In this document: one piece after another, positions 28,867 through 39,390 of the stretch | Numbering within the stretch: position 1 is the stretch's first letter | How the letters are laid out: the number at the start of each line of letters is the position of its first letter | From: an uncultured delta proteobacterium | Lineage (GTDB): Bacteria; Desulfobacterota; Binatia; UBA9968 | Reading direction: 5' to 3' | Assembly (NCBI GenBank): GCA_963755715.1 | Contig: CAVWLW010000024.1 | Coordinates: forward strand, 1-64,000 | Length of the DNA: 64,000 nucleotides | Made by a program: the position numbers and the translations under genes | Notes under the pieces: model-generated | The model's database searches: none | The model's input: only the letters and a program-made list of their open reading frames with translations | Told to the model about the DNA's origin: nothing

Positions 28867-30771
28867 CTATGAACTGCTGGCCGTGCGGTGGTCCGGTGGT
28901 TCGAGCGGGGTGAACACGGCGCGATTGGCCGGCATGGTGGTGAAACCTTCACTGTAGAGCTGAGGCCCGCCCCACTGGAGTTGATCCCCTTCTTGAGTCA
29001 ATTTTTCGATCCCCTGGTAGATCGGCATGATCCGGCTCATCTCCTCGCGGATTGTTTGAGTATCGTTGAACGGAAAAAGCTTGTCGCCGTTGGGCATCGA
29101 CTTACGCCCGATCAGCGTCGGAATTTCCCACTCAGGCAACGTCTCGCCGATTTTGTGACCGGGAATTTCCGGTGTAAAGCGAATCCTTCTTTCAGTGCTC
29201 GTCGAGATGCCGCCGGTGCGTTGTTCGTAGCGCGTTTGCCCCGGCAAGATGATCACCGCGCCTTTGGCGTCGAGCAGCATTGAATTATTGAGCACGATAT
29301 CCTGATGCACGCGCACGGGAACTTGCACCAGCGCTTCGGTGACATACTTCGGATCGGGCATGGTTTCGAGCAAGTTGCCGCCGATTGCATAGAGAAATTT
29401 GATCTCGCCGTTGTGCGCCGCCTCGATCATATGCGGTCCCTTGAGTCCCGGGTTGGACGGCACCGGGTGATGCCACAGATTGGAAAAGCGTCTGGCGGTG
29501 TCGGCGTTGACGGAAAACCCGCCGGGAAATTTATCCGGCTCGGCGCCGCACTCACCGCCGCCTTGCACGCCGCTGTGGCCGCGGATCGGCATGATGCCGC
29601 ACTTTTCCCGGCCCAACATGCCGCGCGCCAAGGCGAGATTGACGACCGCTTTGACATTGTCGACGCCGAATTCATGCTGCGTCAGGCCCATGCTGTACAC
29701 GATCACGGCGGTGCGCGCTTGGCCGTATAAGGCTGCGAATCTTTGCATATCGGCGCGCGCTAGGCCGGAGCGTTGTTCGAGCATTTCCCAGCTTTGTTGA
29801 TCGAGCGCGGCTCTCAATTTGGCGAAGAGCGCGGTGTGTTTGTCGATGAACTTGCGATTCAACTGATCGTTAGCAATCAAAGTTTTGATCACACCGTTGA
29901 TAAACGCGATGTCGCCGCCGACCCCGACTTGAAAAAAATCGTCGAGCAGTTTTGTGTCGAACACCGCGCTGCTCACGACCGATGGCACGCCGTAGCGCTG
30001 CGGGCCATACTCGCGCATCGGATCCACCACGACGATGCGCGTGCCGGCCTTCTTGGCATAGTGCATGTATTTGGTCGTAACCGGCTGATTGGTGGCGAGG
30101 TCGGAGCCGAAGATGACGAGCAAATCCGTGCCGATGAAATCGGAGAGAGAGCAGGTCGGGGCGCCGTAGCCCAGGGTCGATTTCAAGCCGGAGACGCTGG
30201 CGGCGTGACATAAGCGTGAGCACAGGTCGACGTTGTTGGTGCCGAGCACGCGTGCGAGTTTCTGAAAGACGTAATAGACTTCGTTGGTGAGTCCGCTCGA
30301 AGTTGCGAAGAAGGCCATTTGATGGGGCGCCGTGTCATGAATCGATTTGCCGATCACGTCCAGTGCGTCTTGCCAGGACACTCGTAAAAACCCCCGTGCG
30401 CCCTTGTGGCGCAGCATCGGATGCGACAGGCGGCCCAGCGAGCGCAGTTGCTCCGGCTCCATGCTTCTCAGCCGGCTCACATCGTTCATGACCGACAGAT
30501 CGAGCGCGGCCATAGTATTGAGCTTGAGCAACTTGAGCCGCGACATGCATAAGTGCACGCCGTCGAGCACGTTATCGCGCAGACCGTACGGGCCGAGCGA
30601 GCAGCCGTCGCACACGCCGTGATTGAGAATATTCCAGGCGTAGGGCAGTTCGCTGCGGTTTTCCCAAAGAACGCCGAGCATCTCGCGGTAGTGTTTCGGC
30701 TTGGTCTGACCGACCAAGCCGAAAGGCACGAGGCGCGAAAGCAAGGTATCGTTGGATTTAACGGTGGGCAT
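28867..30771 (-). CDS. FdhF/YdeP family molybdopterin oxidoreductase lacking the C-terminal dinucleotide-binding domain
   Basis: CDGCSLG, LCSRLCHAAS, MGLTQH, PIRGHSGVQG and TSTERR; ends at 634 aa. Confidence 0.88.
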   Translation of the reverse strand: MPTVKSNDTLLSRLVPFGLVGQTKPKHYREMLGVLWENRSELPYAWNILNHGVCDGCSLGPYGLRDNVLDGVHLCMSRLKLLKLNTMAALDLSVMNDVSRLRSMEPEQLRSLGRLSHPMLRHKGARGFLRVSWQDALDVIGKSIHDTAPHQMAFFATSSGLTNEVYYVFQKLARVLGTNNVDLCSRLCHAASVSGLKSTLGYGAPTCSLSDFIGTDLLVIFGSDLATNQPVTTKYMHYAKKAGTRIVVVDPMREYGPQRYGVPSVVSSAVFDTKLLDDFFQVGVGGDIAFINGVIKTLIANDQLNRKFIDKHTALFAKLRAALDQQSWEMLEQRSGLARADMQRFAALYGQARTAVIVYSMGLTQHEFGVDNVKAVVNLALARGMLGREKCGIMPIRGHSGVQGGGECGAEPDKFPGGFSVNADTARRFSNLWHHPVPSNPGLKGPHMIEAAHNGEIKFLYAIGGNLLETMPDPKYVTEALVQVPVRVHQDIVLNNSMLLDAKGAVIILPGQTRYEQRTGGISTSTERRIRFTPEIPGHKIGETLPEWEIPTLIGRKSMPNGDKLFPFNDTQTIREEMSRIMPIYQGIEKLTQEGDQLQWGGPQLYSEGFTTMPANRAVFTPLEPPDHRTASSS

Positions 30772-30777
30772 CAGTCG

Positions 30778-31245
30778 TTAGGTTCCGGTCGCAAGTTTTC
30801 TTTTCTGTCGCAGTTCGTCGAGCACGTCGGCGAACGCTTCAGGCTGGCTTTTTGAGATCGCCGTTTTGTACAAAGCATAGCGCTGATGCGATGGCCAACC
30901 AAGCCATTCGTTCGTCGTGACGACGCCCGCCTCGGCGCTTTTTTCCCGCACCGGTTCAGGCACGAGTGATTGCTCCCAAAGTGCGCTGTCCATGATTTCC
31001 GTCATTTGCACCGGCACGCCGCGGTATTTTTGCGACAAAAAATCCAGGTAAGCCGTGAGCACGGCTTTTTCTTCGTCGGATGCGCAGGGCAGATGGCACA
31101 AAACCGTTCGCTCGGCGAAACTAATGGAGAGCCAATCCTTGAGTGAAATTTTTACGCCGATAAGATCGAGCTTCATGCGCATATGAAGCGGCAACCGGCT
31201 CAAGGTCGGATAATACTCAGCTTCGTGGCAGAAACGGTGAAACAT
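30778..31245 (-). CDS. Nitrate reductase-associated protein family (Nitr_red_assoc)
   Basis: LPLHMRMKLDLIGVKISLKDW, LCHLPC and W...QRYALYK. Confidence 0.8.
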   Translation of the reverse strand: MFHRFCHEAEYYPTLSRLPLHMRMKLDLIGVKISLKDWLSISFAERTVLCHLPCASDEEKAVLTAYLDFLSQKYRGVPVQMTEIMDSALWEQSLVPEPVREKSAEAGVVTTNEWLGWPSHQRYALYKTAISKSQPEAFADVLDELRQKRKLATGT

Positions 31246-31376
31246 GGTCTTGGTGATTTGCCTTTTGGCCCCGCGTGACGCTATTTTCCCTATGATGTGT
31301 GACAAGTCAACCGCAATAAAGACGGCGCCGCGCTGCATAATGCACCATCAGGTCAAGTAACAACGAGGAGGATCCT

Positions 31377-31784
31377 ATGGCCGCAAGGTATTCAAGGGCA
31401 TTTATGCCTCTGAGCAAAGTGAAGGAAAAAGAATTTCTGTCTCGCCCGATGGGTTGCAAAGGGATCGGTTTTAGCTTCGTGCGCTGCAAACCGGGCGAGG
31501 GCGCGACCTACGTGCATCGTCACAAAGTGCAGGAAGAGGTATTTATCGCGCTCAAGGGAGACGGTACGATTATCCTGGACGGCAAGCGCATCAAGATGCC
31601 GGAAGGAACCATTGTCCGGGTCGGCCCGACGGTTTGGCGGGCGCTGGGAAACGACTCAAAATCAGACGTTGTCTTTATGGTTTTGGGCGCCGTCCCGCCG
31701 AAGAACTTTCCCCTGGGCGGAAGGACCCTTTTGGGCGACGGGATTCCCAATCGAAGAAAGGTACCGCGTTGGAAGAAAGCGTGA
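31377..31784 (+). CDS. Cupin-domain protein
   Basis: HRHKVQEEVFIALKGDG cupin motif; RBS GAGGAGG. Confidence 0.88.
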   Translation: MAARYSRAFMPLSKVKEKEFLSRPMGCKGIGFSFVRCKPGEGATYVHRHKVQEEVFIALKGDGTIILDGKRIKMPEGTIVRVGPTVWRALGNDSKSDVVFMVLGAVPPKNFPLGGRTLLGDGIPNRRKVPRWKKA

Positions 31785-31953
31785 AAGAAATCGGCCGTGC
31801 AGAGTGTTGAGCCGAAAAATGTGTCGCTTTGGCGGCACGTCGGGCTTGAGAATCTTAGGTAAGAGGAACATCGTGTCTCCCATACAATCGGATCGGTCAC
31901 ATCCGCGACGGCTTTAATGCGCCGCTACAGCCCAAACCTAATCCATAAACATT

Positions 31954-32484
31954 ATGCAATACGATCCACGTCCATCGACTTCCCCGCCGTCAAAGATTGA
32001 GCCGACCGGGTTTTTTACCGGTATCCAATTCCGGCCGATTATCGGCGGTGTAGTGGTGGATACGATCGCTACCTTCGCGCTGACCTGGCTGTATTACTCT
32101 TCTTTCGTCGCCAAGGACTTGACTGAGCAAGGCGGGGCGGCGGAGGATGCTTTCACCCAATATTTTAGTTCCACCGACGGTTTGATCGCGAGTCTCTTGC
32201 TCGGCTCGCTCGGTACGGTGATCGGCGGATTTTTCGCCGCTTATAAGGCCGGCACATTGGAAATGAAACACGGTGCGCTGGTTGGCATGGGTTCGATCGT
32301 TCTTGGACTGGTTCTGCAAGGGTGGGGATCGGACGACAGCGTGACCCCGGAGTGGTTCATGGCATTGTCTTTTGCAGCCGCGATACCTGCCGGGGCGATC
32401 GGCGGCTTTTTCGCGGAGATGGTCAAGAATGCCATGGGCGGCGGCCGTCCGGTAGGTGGTGGAGGCTGGCCGCCATCGAGGTAA
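31954..32484 (+). CDS. Four-TM membrane protein
   Basis: Hydrophobic Gly-rich helices (IGGFFAA, HGALVG, AIGGFFA). Confidence 0.75.
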   Translation: MQYDPRPSTSPPSKIEPTGFFTGIQFRPIIGGVVVDTIATFALTWLYYSSFVAKDLTEQGGAAEDAFTQYFSSTDGLIASLLLGSLGTVIGGFFAAYKAGTLEMKHGALVGMGSIVLGLVLQGWGSDDSVTPEWFMALSFAAAIPAGAIGGFFAEMVKNAMGGGRPVGGGGWPPSR

Positions 32485-32821
32485 AGGCTTGCATACCGAG
32501 ATAGAAGAAAACCCGATCTCAGTTGCGTGTAGACATCACAGTAGCGTTGGCCTTGCTGATCCCTTTACCCGATAAGATTCCGCGAGACGGACATACGGTC
32601 TGCCGCGTGCATTTTGGCCCATATCGCATGAGATCGTCAGATATTTTAGTTTTAGGTCGCTCATATGCATGAAGCTCTCGTCTGCGGTCACGACTAACTT
32701 GTGTTCGGGCTCAAGAAATAGGAATTCAAGAGTTATCTCGACAGGCGCGCAGTGAGTAATTGTGTTGACTCAAGAAAGACGTGATGGCTAGAGTTGGTAA
32801 GCCTGCTGAACAAGTCGATTT

Positions 32822-33454
32822 GTGCCGCCAAATTCTGCAAGAAACTGGATTGACCGCAGGACTCATGGAGAAGCAGGATCAGTGACGGCGACAGCATCTG
32901 GATATCGGCGCGCGATTCGTTCTGATTACGCTCAGATTCTTCGCCTTCAGTCGGACAATCATATTGCCAACCTTAGCGAGGCTGAGCGCGAGCAAGGATT
33001 TTTGTCGGCGCAATTCACTCCCGAGCAAACCGCTCAGATCGCCGAGGATCTGGGCACAATGGTGGCGCTCGTCAATGATCAAGTCGTGGGTTTCTTATGT
33101 GCGTTTCGGAAGGAGTTTCCGACCGGTTCGCCGGTAATCGCCAAGATGCTCGAAGCCTATGATCGCCTAAACTTCGAGGATCGCCCGCTCAGCGCCTTTA
33201 ACAGTTACATCTACGGTCCCGTTTGCATCGGCCGCGAATATCGCGGGCGTGGTTTATTGCGCGGGCTTTATGAAGCGCAAAAAAAAGACTTGGCCGGACA
33301 ATTCGAGATCGGGGTCGCGTTCGTTTCGCGCAGCAATCCGCATTCATTGAGCGCGCATGTCGCCGGTCTTGGCATGAGCGAAGCAGGTGATTTCGAGGTC
33401 AAGGGCAATGTCTACGCGACTCTTGCTTTCCGCGTGCCGGTAAAGTCAAAATAG
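32822..33454 (+). CDS. GNAT family N-acetyltransferase
   Basis: GPVCIGREYRGRGL acetyl-CoA motif and NPHSLSAH; the start may be about 60 nt downstream. Confidence 0.82.
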   Translation: MPPNSARNWIDRRTHGEAGSVTATASGYRRAIRSDYAQILRLQSDNHIANLSEAEREQGFLSAQFTPEQTAQIAEDLGTMVALVNDQVVGFLCAFRKEFPTGSPVIAKMLEAYDRLNFEDRPLSAFNSYIYGPVCIGREYRGRGLLRGLYEAQKKDLAGQFEIGVAFVSRSNPHSLSAHVAGLGMSEAGDFEVKGNVYATLAFRVPVKSK

Positions 33455-33569
33455 TTCCAGCATTAGACGGCTTTGGGTGCTTGCAGATTCGGTTTGGGTT
33501 CCATAGAATCAAACTCCATCAGAGTTCGCTGGCTGTATTTGCAGATCAAATCGAAAGGAAAGATTGAAC

Positions 33570-34073
33570 ATGGATGCTGATGCAAAGAAAACCGCGTTGC
33601 GCATGATTCCGTACGGAATCTATGTGCTCACTTCCGAAGGCAAAGACGGCAAGGTTGCAGCGTCAACCGTGAACTGGGTAACGCAGACGGCGTTTCAGCC
33701 GCCGCTGGTAGTCGTGGGCGTGAAAGCCGATTCCGGCGCGCACGCAATCATCAAAGATTCGAAAGTATTCGCCCTCAATATTCTCGGTAAGGATCAGAAA
33801 GGGCAGGCGTTTACTTTCTTCAAGCCGCTCGAGCGCGAAGGCAACACAATCGGCGGCGAGCCGTTTCGCAAAGGCAGTCTGGGCGCGCCGATCTTGGAAA
33901 AGGCACCGGCATACGTCGAGTGTCAACTGGTCGATACGATCGAAAAGGGCGATCACTCGATCTTCGTCGGCGAGGTGAAAGATGCCGGCGTCGCAACGCA
34001 GCCGTCGGGCCGACCCGACGACGCGATTCTGGCGATGCGAGATTTGGGCGATAAAGTTTTCTATGGCGGATAG
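33570..34073 (+). CDS. Flavin reductase family protein
   Basis: LRMIPYGIYV, PPLVVV, FALNIL and GDHSIFVGEV. Confidence 0.92.
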   Translation: MDADAKKTALRMIPYGIYVLTSEGKDGKVAASTVNWVTQTAFQPPLVVVGVKADSGAHAIIKDSKVFALNILGKDQKGQAFTFFKPLEREGNTIGGEPFRKGSLGAPILEKAPAYVECQLVDTIEKGDHSIFVGEVKDAGVATQPSGRPDDAILAMRDLGDKVFYGG

Positions 34074-34089
34074 AGGCGTGGTTTGAACG

Positions 34090-34152
34090 CAGCGTCTTGC
34101 GCTTGGCGTCTGGCCTCTTGGGTTTAATACCAGACGCTGGGCTCCAGGACGC
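34090..34152. repeat. Imperfect palindrome of 7-nt units
   Basis: gcgtctt gcgcttg gcgtctg gcctctt ... ccagacg ctgggct ccaggacgc. Confidence 0.55.
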
Positions 34153-34176
34153 AAAACAATCGAAGGGAGAAAAACA

Positions 34177-34563
34177 ATGGCTAAGATCCGGCACATCGCT
34201 TATCGCGCAACCGACGTCGATGCGATGGCGAAGTTTTTCGTCGATGCCATGGGCATGAAGCTGATCCAGAAGCGCAAGAACAACGCCATCGATCTGAGCG
34301 ATGGATCGGTAAATATCACCGTGCTTCCGCTGCGCGCGGGCACGTCGGATGGCGCGCCGACCAAGCAGCCGGGCATCGATCATATCGGTTTTTCAGCCGA
34401 GAACGATCAAGAGCAGTTTCGCATGCTGGAAGCGGCCGGCGCGAAAAAGGCCGGCACGCTCAATCTCGGGACGGCGTATTATGAAGACAAATTCGTCGGC
34501 CCTGAAGATATCATCATCGACGTCGGTCATTGGCAGGGCGCGGCGCCGATCGATAAGGAATAG
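34177..34563 (+). CDS. VOC (glyoxalase/bleomycin resistance) family protein
   Basis: IRHIAY and GIDHIGF. Confidence 0.88.
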   Translation: MAKIRHIAYRATDVDAMAKFFVDAMGMKLIQKRKNNAIDLSDGSVNITVLPLRAGTSDGAPTKQPGIDHIGFSAENDQEQFRMLEAAGAKKAGTLNLGTAYYEDKFVGPEDIIIDVGHWQGAAPIDKE

Positions 34564-34608
34564 TACAAGCTAAAGGGCGTAGGGCACGCTGCGCCCGTTT
34601 TAGATGGT

Positions 34609-34642
34609 GGCGCGCGGTCTTTTTTGGCCGTGCGCCTTTTTA
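34609..34642. terminator. Intrinsic terminator between convergent genes
   Basis: Hairpin ggcgcgcggtc-tttttt-ggccgtgcgcc followed by ttttt. Confidence 0.6.
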
Positions 34643-34643
34643 T

Positions 34644-36113
34644 TTATCGAATCATCAAACGCTCGGCTTTGCCCGAGTAGTTGATAAAAACGGTTTTTAG
34701 CTCCGTAAAGAAATTCAAACCCTCTTCCGCCATCTCCCGCTCGCCCACTCCCGTTGCTTTGGTACCGCCGAAGGGGAGCTGGGCTTCGCCGCCGATAGTC
34801 GGTTCGTTGACGTGAACCATGCCGGTCTCGACCTCTTCGACGAAGCGCATGATCGTGTCGATGTTTTCCGTAAAGATCGAGGTCGTCAATCCATACTCGA
34901 CGCCGTTGGCGAAGGCGAGGGCTTCGTCGATAGTTTTAGCCGTGGAAACGGCGAGGACGGGACCAAAAATCTCTTCTTTGAAAATGCGCATTCCCGGCTC
35001 GACATTATCGAAGATCGTCGGCTCGACGAAGTAACCTTTGTCGAGGTAATCGGGCTTATTGCCGCCGAGAACCAAGCGCGCACCTTCTTGCCGGCCGATG
35101 TGGATGTAATCCAAGTCGGTCTTCCACTGCTTCTCGTCCACTGCGGGCCCCATGTCGACCGATTCATCCAAGCCGGAGCCGATCTTGATTTTCTTCGCCG
35201 CTTCGACAGCCGCTCGACGAGCGCATCTTTGACGGACGGCGACTGTGATCACGCGTGAAGTCGCCGTGCAACGCTGACCGGTCGATCCGAAGGCGCCGCC
35301 GTGAATTGCCACGGCGGCCTTATCGAGATCGGCGTCGGCCATGACGATGACGGCGTTTTTGCCGCCCATCTCGCAGGTGACTTTGGCGCCGCGCTGCGCC
35401 GCCTTGGCGTAAAGCGCGCCGCCGATTTCATTCGAGCCGGTGAACGAGATCGCCCTAAGGACCGGCGAATGAACCATCGCTTCGCCGACGACGGATCCGG
35501 AACCGACCAGCATATTGAACACGCCTGGAGGAAGGCCGGCTTCTTGGTATATTTCCGTGAGCAAGGTCGCCGTCGCGGGAGTTAATTCCGCGGGTTTAAA
35601 AATGACGCAGTTGCCGGCCGCTAATGCCGGCGCGGATTTCCACACGGGAATCGCCCAGGGAAAATTCCACGGCGCGATCAGTCCGACAACACCCAGCGGA
35701 CTGCGAACTGTATAGGTGAAAGTATCGCGCGCTTCAGAGGGCAGAGTCTTGCCGTGCATGCGAAAGCCTTCGCCGGCATAAAACTCCAAGAGCGAGATGC
35801 CCTTCATGACTTCACCCTTGGCCTCTTTGAGTATCTTGCCTTCTTCGCGGGTCAGCGTTCGCGCGATCTCGTCGGCGCGTTGGCGGGCAATGTCGGCGGC
35901 GCGCCAGAGGACCCGGCCGCGCTCTGGGCCGGGCGTTTTGCGCCAGCCTCTCGCCGCGGCTTGCGCGCATTCGATCGCGCTCCGAACGTCTTCGGCGGTG
36001 GCCGCGGGAAACTCGGCGATCACATCGTCGGGGTCCGCGGGGTTGAGATTGCGCACCAGACGACTCGATTGGGGATGAAACCATTTACCATTCACATAGG
36101 AGCCAGTGTTCAT
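34644..36113 (-). CDS. Aldehyde dehydrogenase (KGSADH-like)
   Basis: PWNFP, KPAE, FTGS, EMGGKN, GQRCTA and EEIFGP. Confidence 0.95.
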   Translation of the reverse strand: MNTGSYVNGKWFHPQSSRLVRNLNPADPDDVIAEFPAATAEDVRSAIECAQAAARGWRKTPGPERGRVLWRAADIARQRADEIARTLTREEGKILKEAKGEVMKGISLLEFYAGEGFRMHGKTLPSEARDTFTYTVRSPLGVVGLIAPWNFPWAIPVWKSAPALAAGNCVIFKPAELTPATATLLTEIYQEAGLPPGVFNMLVGSGSVVGEAMVHSPVLRAISFTGSNEIGGALYAKAAQRGAKVTCEMGGKNAVIVMADADLDKAAVAIHGGAFGSTGQRCTATSRVITVAVRQRCARRAAVEAAKKIKIGSGLDESVDMGPAVDEKQWKTDLDYIHIGRQEGARLVLGGNKPDYLDKGYFVEPTIFDNVEPGMRIFKEEIFGPVLAVSTAKTIDEALAFANGVEYGLTTSIFTENIDTIMRFVEEVETGMVHVNEPTIGGEAQLPFGGTKATGVGEREMAEEGLNFFTELKTVFINYSGKAERLMIR

Positions 36114-36239
36114 GGCGACCTCGCGGAGATAAGTGTTAGAGATCGCTCTCAATCGTATATCCCAAGAAGCCATGCAGGAAAAACCAAGCGCCGCAAGCAA
36201 CGCTCCGGTTTATAAAAGTTGGGTAGGTAACCGATAGCG

Positions 36240-37294
36240 TTAGTAAAAAGATCTTTTGGTCAAATCACGAAGCGTGGCTCGCCATCTTTCTTCGAGCTTG
36301 TCGATCTGCTCGGCACTTAACCCTTGCTCGGGATACCAACGCTTGAAGCCATAATCCTTTGTCGGATTGCCGTACTCGAACTCTTCAAGAACCTTTTGGC
36401 CGCCGGCGCCGAGGATGAAATCGGCGAGCAAGAGCGCCGCATGCGGGTGCGGCGCTTTGGCCGAAATCGCGGTAGAGCCGGAATTGGACGGCACGACGTC
36501 CATCGGGATCCATTCGATGGGCGCGCCGACTTTCAGCGATACTTCGACGTGATTGCGAAAGGTTGTCGGCGAGACGCCGACTTCGCCGGAGATGACCATG
36601 TCGAGCAGAGCGCGCCCCGAGACATTGTGAATCGCGGGATTTTGGCTCCTGAGTTTCTTGACGTATTCCTCGCCTTGAAACTTGAGCATCGCACCGATGA
36701 CGGTGACGCCGGTGTCGCTGCCGGCAAATGCGATTTTGTCCTTCAACTCGGGGCGCAATAACCCTTGGTAGTTTTTCGGCGCGAGCTTTGCCGGTATAGA
36801 GTTTTTGTTGTAGGCAAGACCGATGTGCGATTCGCGGTCGATGGCCCAGAAGACGAGACCTTTGGGACCTTTTTCTTTGACGTGGTCTGGAAATTTCCCT
36901 TGCGTCGGAAAATAGTACGGCACCAGCATGCTGTTGTCTTTTAACAGCTTCAAGAGTGGAATAGTGGTTTCGATCGTATCGACGATGTAGCGCTGCGCCT
37001 GGGATTCCGCCATAATCCGCGCGCTCATCTCGGCGCGCGTCGCGCGATAGGATTCGACTTTGACGCCGGGATATTTGCTTCGAAGGCGGCGGCCAGTTCT
37101 TTGTACGAGTTGCCGGCGAGCGAAGTATACCAGGTGATTTTGCCTTCACTCTTGGCGCCGGCGTATAAGATTTTTTCCCGGTCCGGCTTGTTGTACGCGG
37201 CAAGTTGCTCCATGGGCAACGGCTTGGTCGATTGCGCCGCTACCGTGGAAACCAAGCTCGCGCCGAATAGCAATGCGCCGATGAAAGACTTCAT
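36240..37294 (-). CDS. Extracellular solute-binding protein (Fe3+/thiamine-binding-like), frameshifted
   Basis: GAKSEGKITWYTS, AYNKN, SGEV and APHPHAALLLADF. Confidence 0.85.
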
Positions 37295-37326
37295 TGTCTG
37301 CCTCCGTAAGCGGTTTCTGATTTTCT

Positions 37327-38260
37327 CTAGTACCCGGTTTCCATCAGCTGATTGTAAAATAGCTTCAAGAAAGATTTTAACCTCTCGGGCCGGGTGTAAT
37401 TCGCGAATTCCTGCGGGACTTTAAATTCCTTTTCTATTTGATCGAGATTCTTGCCGGCGGCGATCATCTTCGCGACTTCGTCTCGCATGACCACGAAGTA
37501 GCGCTTCTGCTCCTCCAGATCTTTCGCGCCGCGGCCGATGTGCGCCGGACCATGACCCGGAACGTAGGTTTCGACCGGTAGATTTCGCGCCATGATATTA
37601 TCGAGGATCTGTAGCCAGCCTTTGACGTTGGAATAGAAAACGCCGGCTGACTCGCCTTGCCCCGGGTGAATTTCCGTATCGAGCAGATCGCCCATTAAAT
37701 ATACCCGCTTCTGCGGGATGTAGACCGTCAGATCGCCGGTGCTGTGGCCGCGACCTTCAGCAGTGATCTGAAATATGAGACCGCCGAAATAAAGCGTCAT
37801 GGTGCCGTCGAAGCCGATGTCGGGCGGAATCAGTTCTTTTCCTTTGTAACCGGCGTTGCGCGGGTCGTTGGAATTTTTCCGCTCGTTAAACTCTGCGAGC
37901 TCCTGCATACGCAGATCGTGAATTTGATTCTTCGTCGCGATGTAAACCGGCTTGTCTTCGCGGAAATGCCATGCGCCGGAGGCGTGATCGCCGGCGCTGT
38001 GCGACGAGATTAAATATTTTACTTTCTTGTCGGTCTGCTTGCGGATAAAGGCGAGAGTCTGATCGGCGTTATCGATATGAAAGTCGAACACCAGCGACGC
38101 CGTCGTCGGTAAAAACGACCGTGGAATTGCCGGAGCCTTGGGAGTGCTGCAACATGTAAACGTTGTCGGCAATCTTAACTGGAGTCATGCGCACCGGGGC
38201 GGCGGCGCCGATGCTCAAAAGCCAAACCAGTCCCAGCAGCAGGGTGAATCGTGTCCTCAT
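37327..38260 (-). CDS. Secreted metallo-beta-lactamase-fold hydrolase (cyclase-like), frameshifted
   Basis: Signal peptide; SHSAGDH (variant HxHxDH), GHSTGD, GDLL and VPGHG. Confidence 0.85.
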
Positions 38261-38290
38261 CTGAACTTCCCTTGGTGTGTTGCCGAAGTT

Positions 38291-39175
38291 TTATTGAATC
38301 ATGCCCAGCGACTTCGCCATATCGATGGTGCGCCGCGCGCGCTCGATGATCGGCCGGTCGATCAATTGACCGCCGAAGGCGATGGAGCCGTCGCCGCGCG
38401 CGTTGGCTTCTTCGAAGGCTTGCAGAACTTTTTGGCAGTAGTCGATCTCCTCCGCCGTCGGACTGAAAGTCGTGTTGATGGCGTCGATTTGCGACGGATG
38501 AATGCACGACATACCGGTGAAGCCGAGCTGGCGCGCTTGTTTGGCGAAGCCGAACAATCCGGCGCTGTCGTTCAGGTCGACCCAAACTCCGTCTACGGCT
38601 TGCACGTGGGCAGCCGCTGCGGCGACGACGATCGATGAACGAGCGTAGATCAAGTCCCGTGCTTCGCCTTCGCGTACGGTAGGTAATCCAAGCTCACGGC
38701 CAAAATCCTCGGCGCCGAAAATGATGCCGACGATGCGCGATGAAGCGGCGGCAATCGCCGGTGCGTTGAGCAATCCTTTGGGGCTTTCGATGGCAATCAG
38801 CAACTTGACGCTGCCTTTGCCAAGTTTGTTCTTCGGTTCTTTGTCGTTGAGAATCGCGTCGACCTTGTGAACCTCGTCGACCGTATCGACTTTCGGACAG
38901 ACGAGCCCTTCGAGCCCGGGTCGCACCACCGCTTCCAGGTCGGCATCCATGCGCGGATGGCCGATGGCGTTGATGCGCACATAGCGCGCCGGCGTGCCGG
39001 GTGCTTTCTCGCGGCCAAGTGAATCGGCGATGTTCCTGCGCGCGGCGTCTTTTTCGTTGGGCGCCACGCCGTCTTCGATGTCGAGCATGATCGCGTCGGC
39101 GTTGAGGCCGAGCGCTTTGTCGATCATCTTTTGTCGATGTCCGGGCACGAACATCCATGAGCGTATCAATTCCAT
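38291..39175 (-). CDS. citE: CitE/HpcH-family acyl-CoA lyase (citramalyl-/malyl-CoA lyase-like)
   Basis: RSWMFVPG, LDIEDGV, VRIN, PKV, IESPKG, GAEDF and IHPSQI. Confidence 0.92.
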   Translation of the reverse strand: MELIRSWMFVPGHRQKMIDKALGLNADAIMLDIEDGVAPNEKDAARRNIADSLGREKAPGTPARYVRINAIGHPRMDADLEAVVRPGLEGLVCPKVDTVDEVHKVDAILNDKEPKNKLGKGSVKLLIAIESPKGLLNAPAIAAASSRIVGIIFGAEDFGRELGLPTVREGEARDLIYARSSIVVAAAAAHVQAVDGVWVDLNDSAGLFGFAKQARQLGFTGMSCIHPSQIDAINTTFSPTAEEIDYCQKVLQAFEEANARGDGSIAFGGQLIDRPIIERARRTIDMAKSLGMIQ

Positions 39176-39390
39176 ACCGAAAATCTCCTCGCCGTTTCAT
39201 TACCTGAAGGCCGAGCAAATGTCTAACATCGTTGCGGCGCGAGTGATTGCCTTCTTACTGAGGCGAACAGAGATTTCTCGCTCTCCGCGTGAAACGACAG
39301 GTTCGGAAATGTCTTCGATATTTTTCTGCCATCCAAACAACGAGAGAGATCTTTTCATTTGGTTGAACCCGCACGATTTTTAGAGAATAA

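Noticed and set aside
32799-32816. AAGCCTGCTGAACAAGTC as an IS or MITE end
   Set aside because: It resembles the 41834 element terminus, but no partner inverted repeat or transposase is visible.
39180-39390. Possible riboswitch or ncRNA in the longer intergenic gaps (also 22440-22580 and 32500-32820)
   Set aside because: No recognisable conserved aptamer motifs by eye; an Infernal/Rfam scan would be needed.
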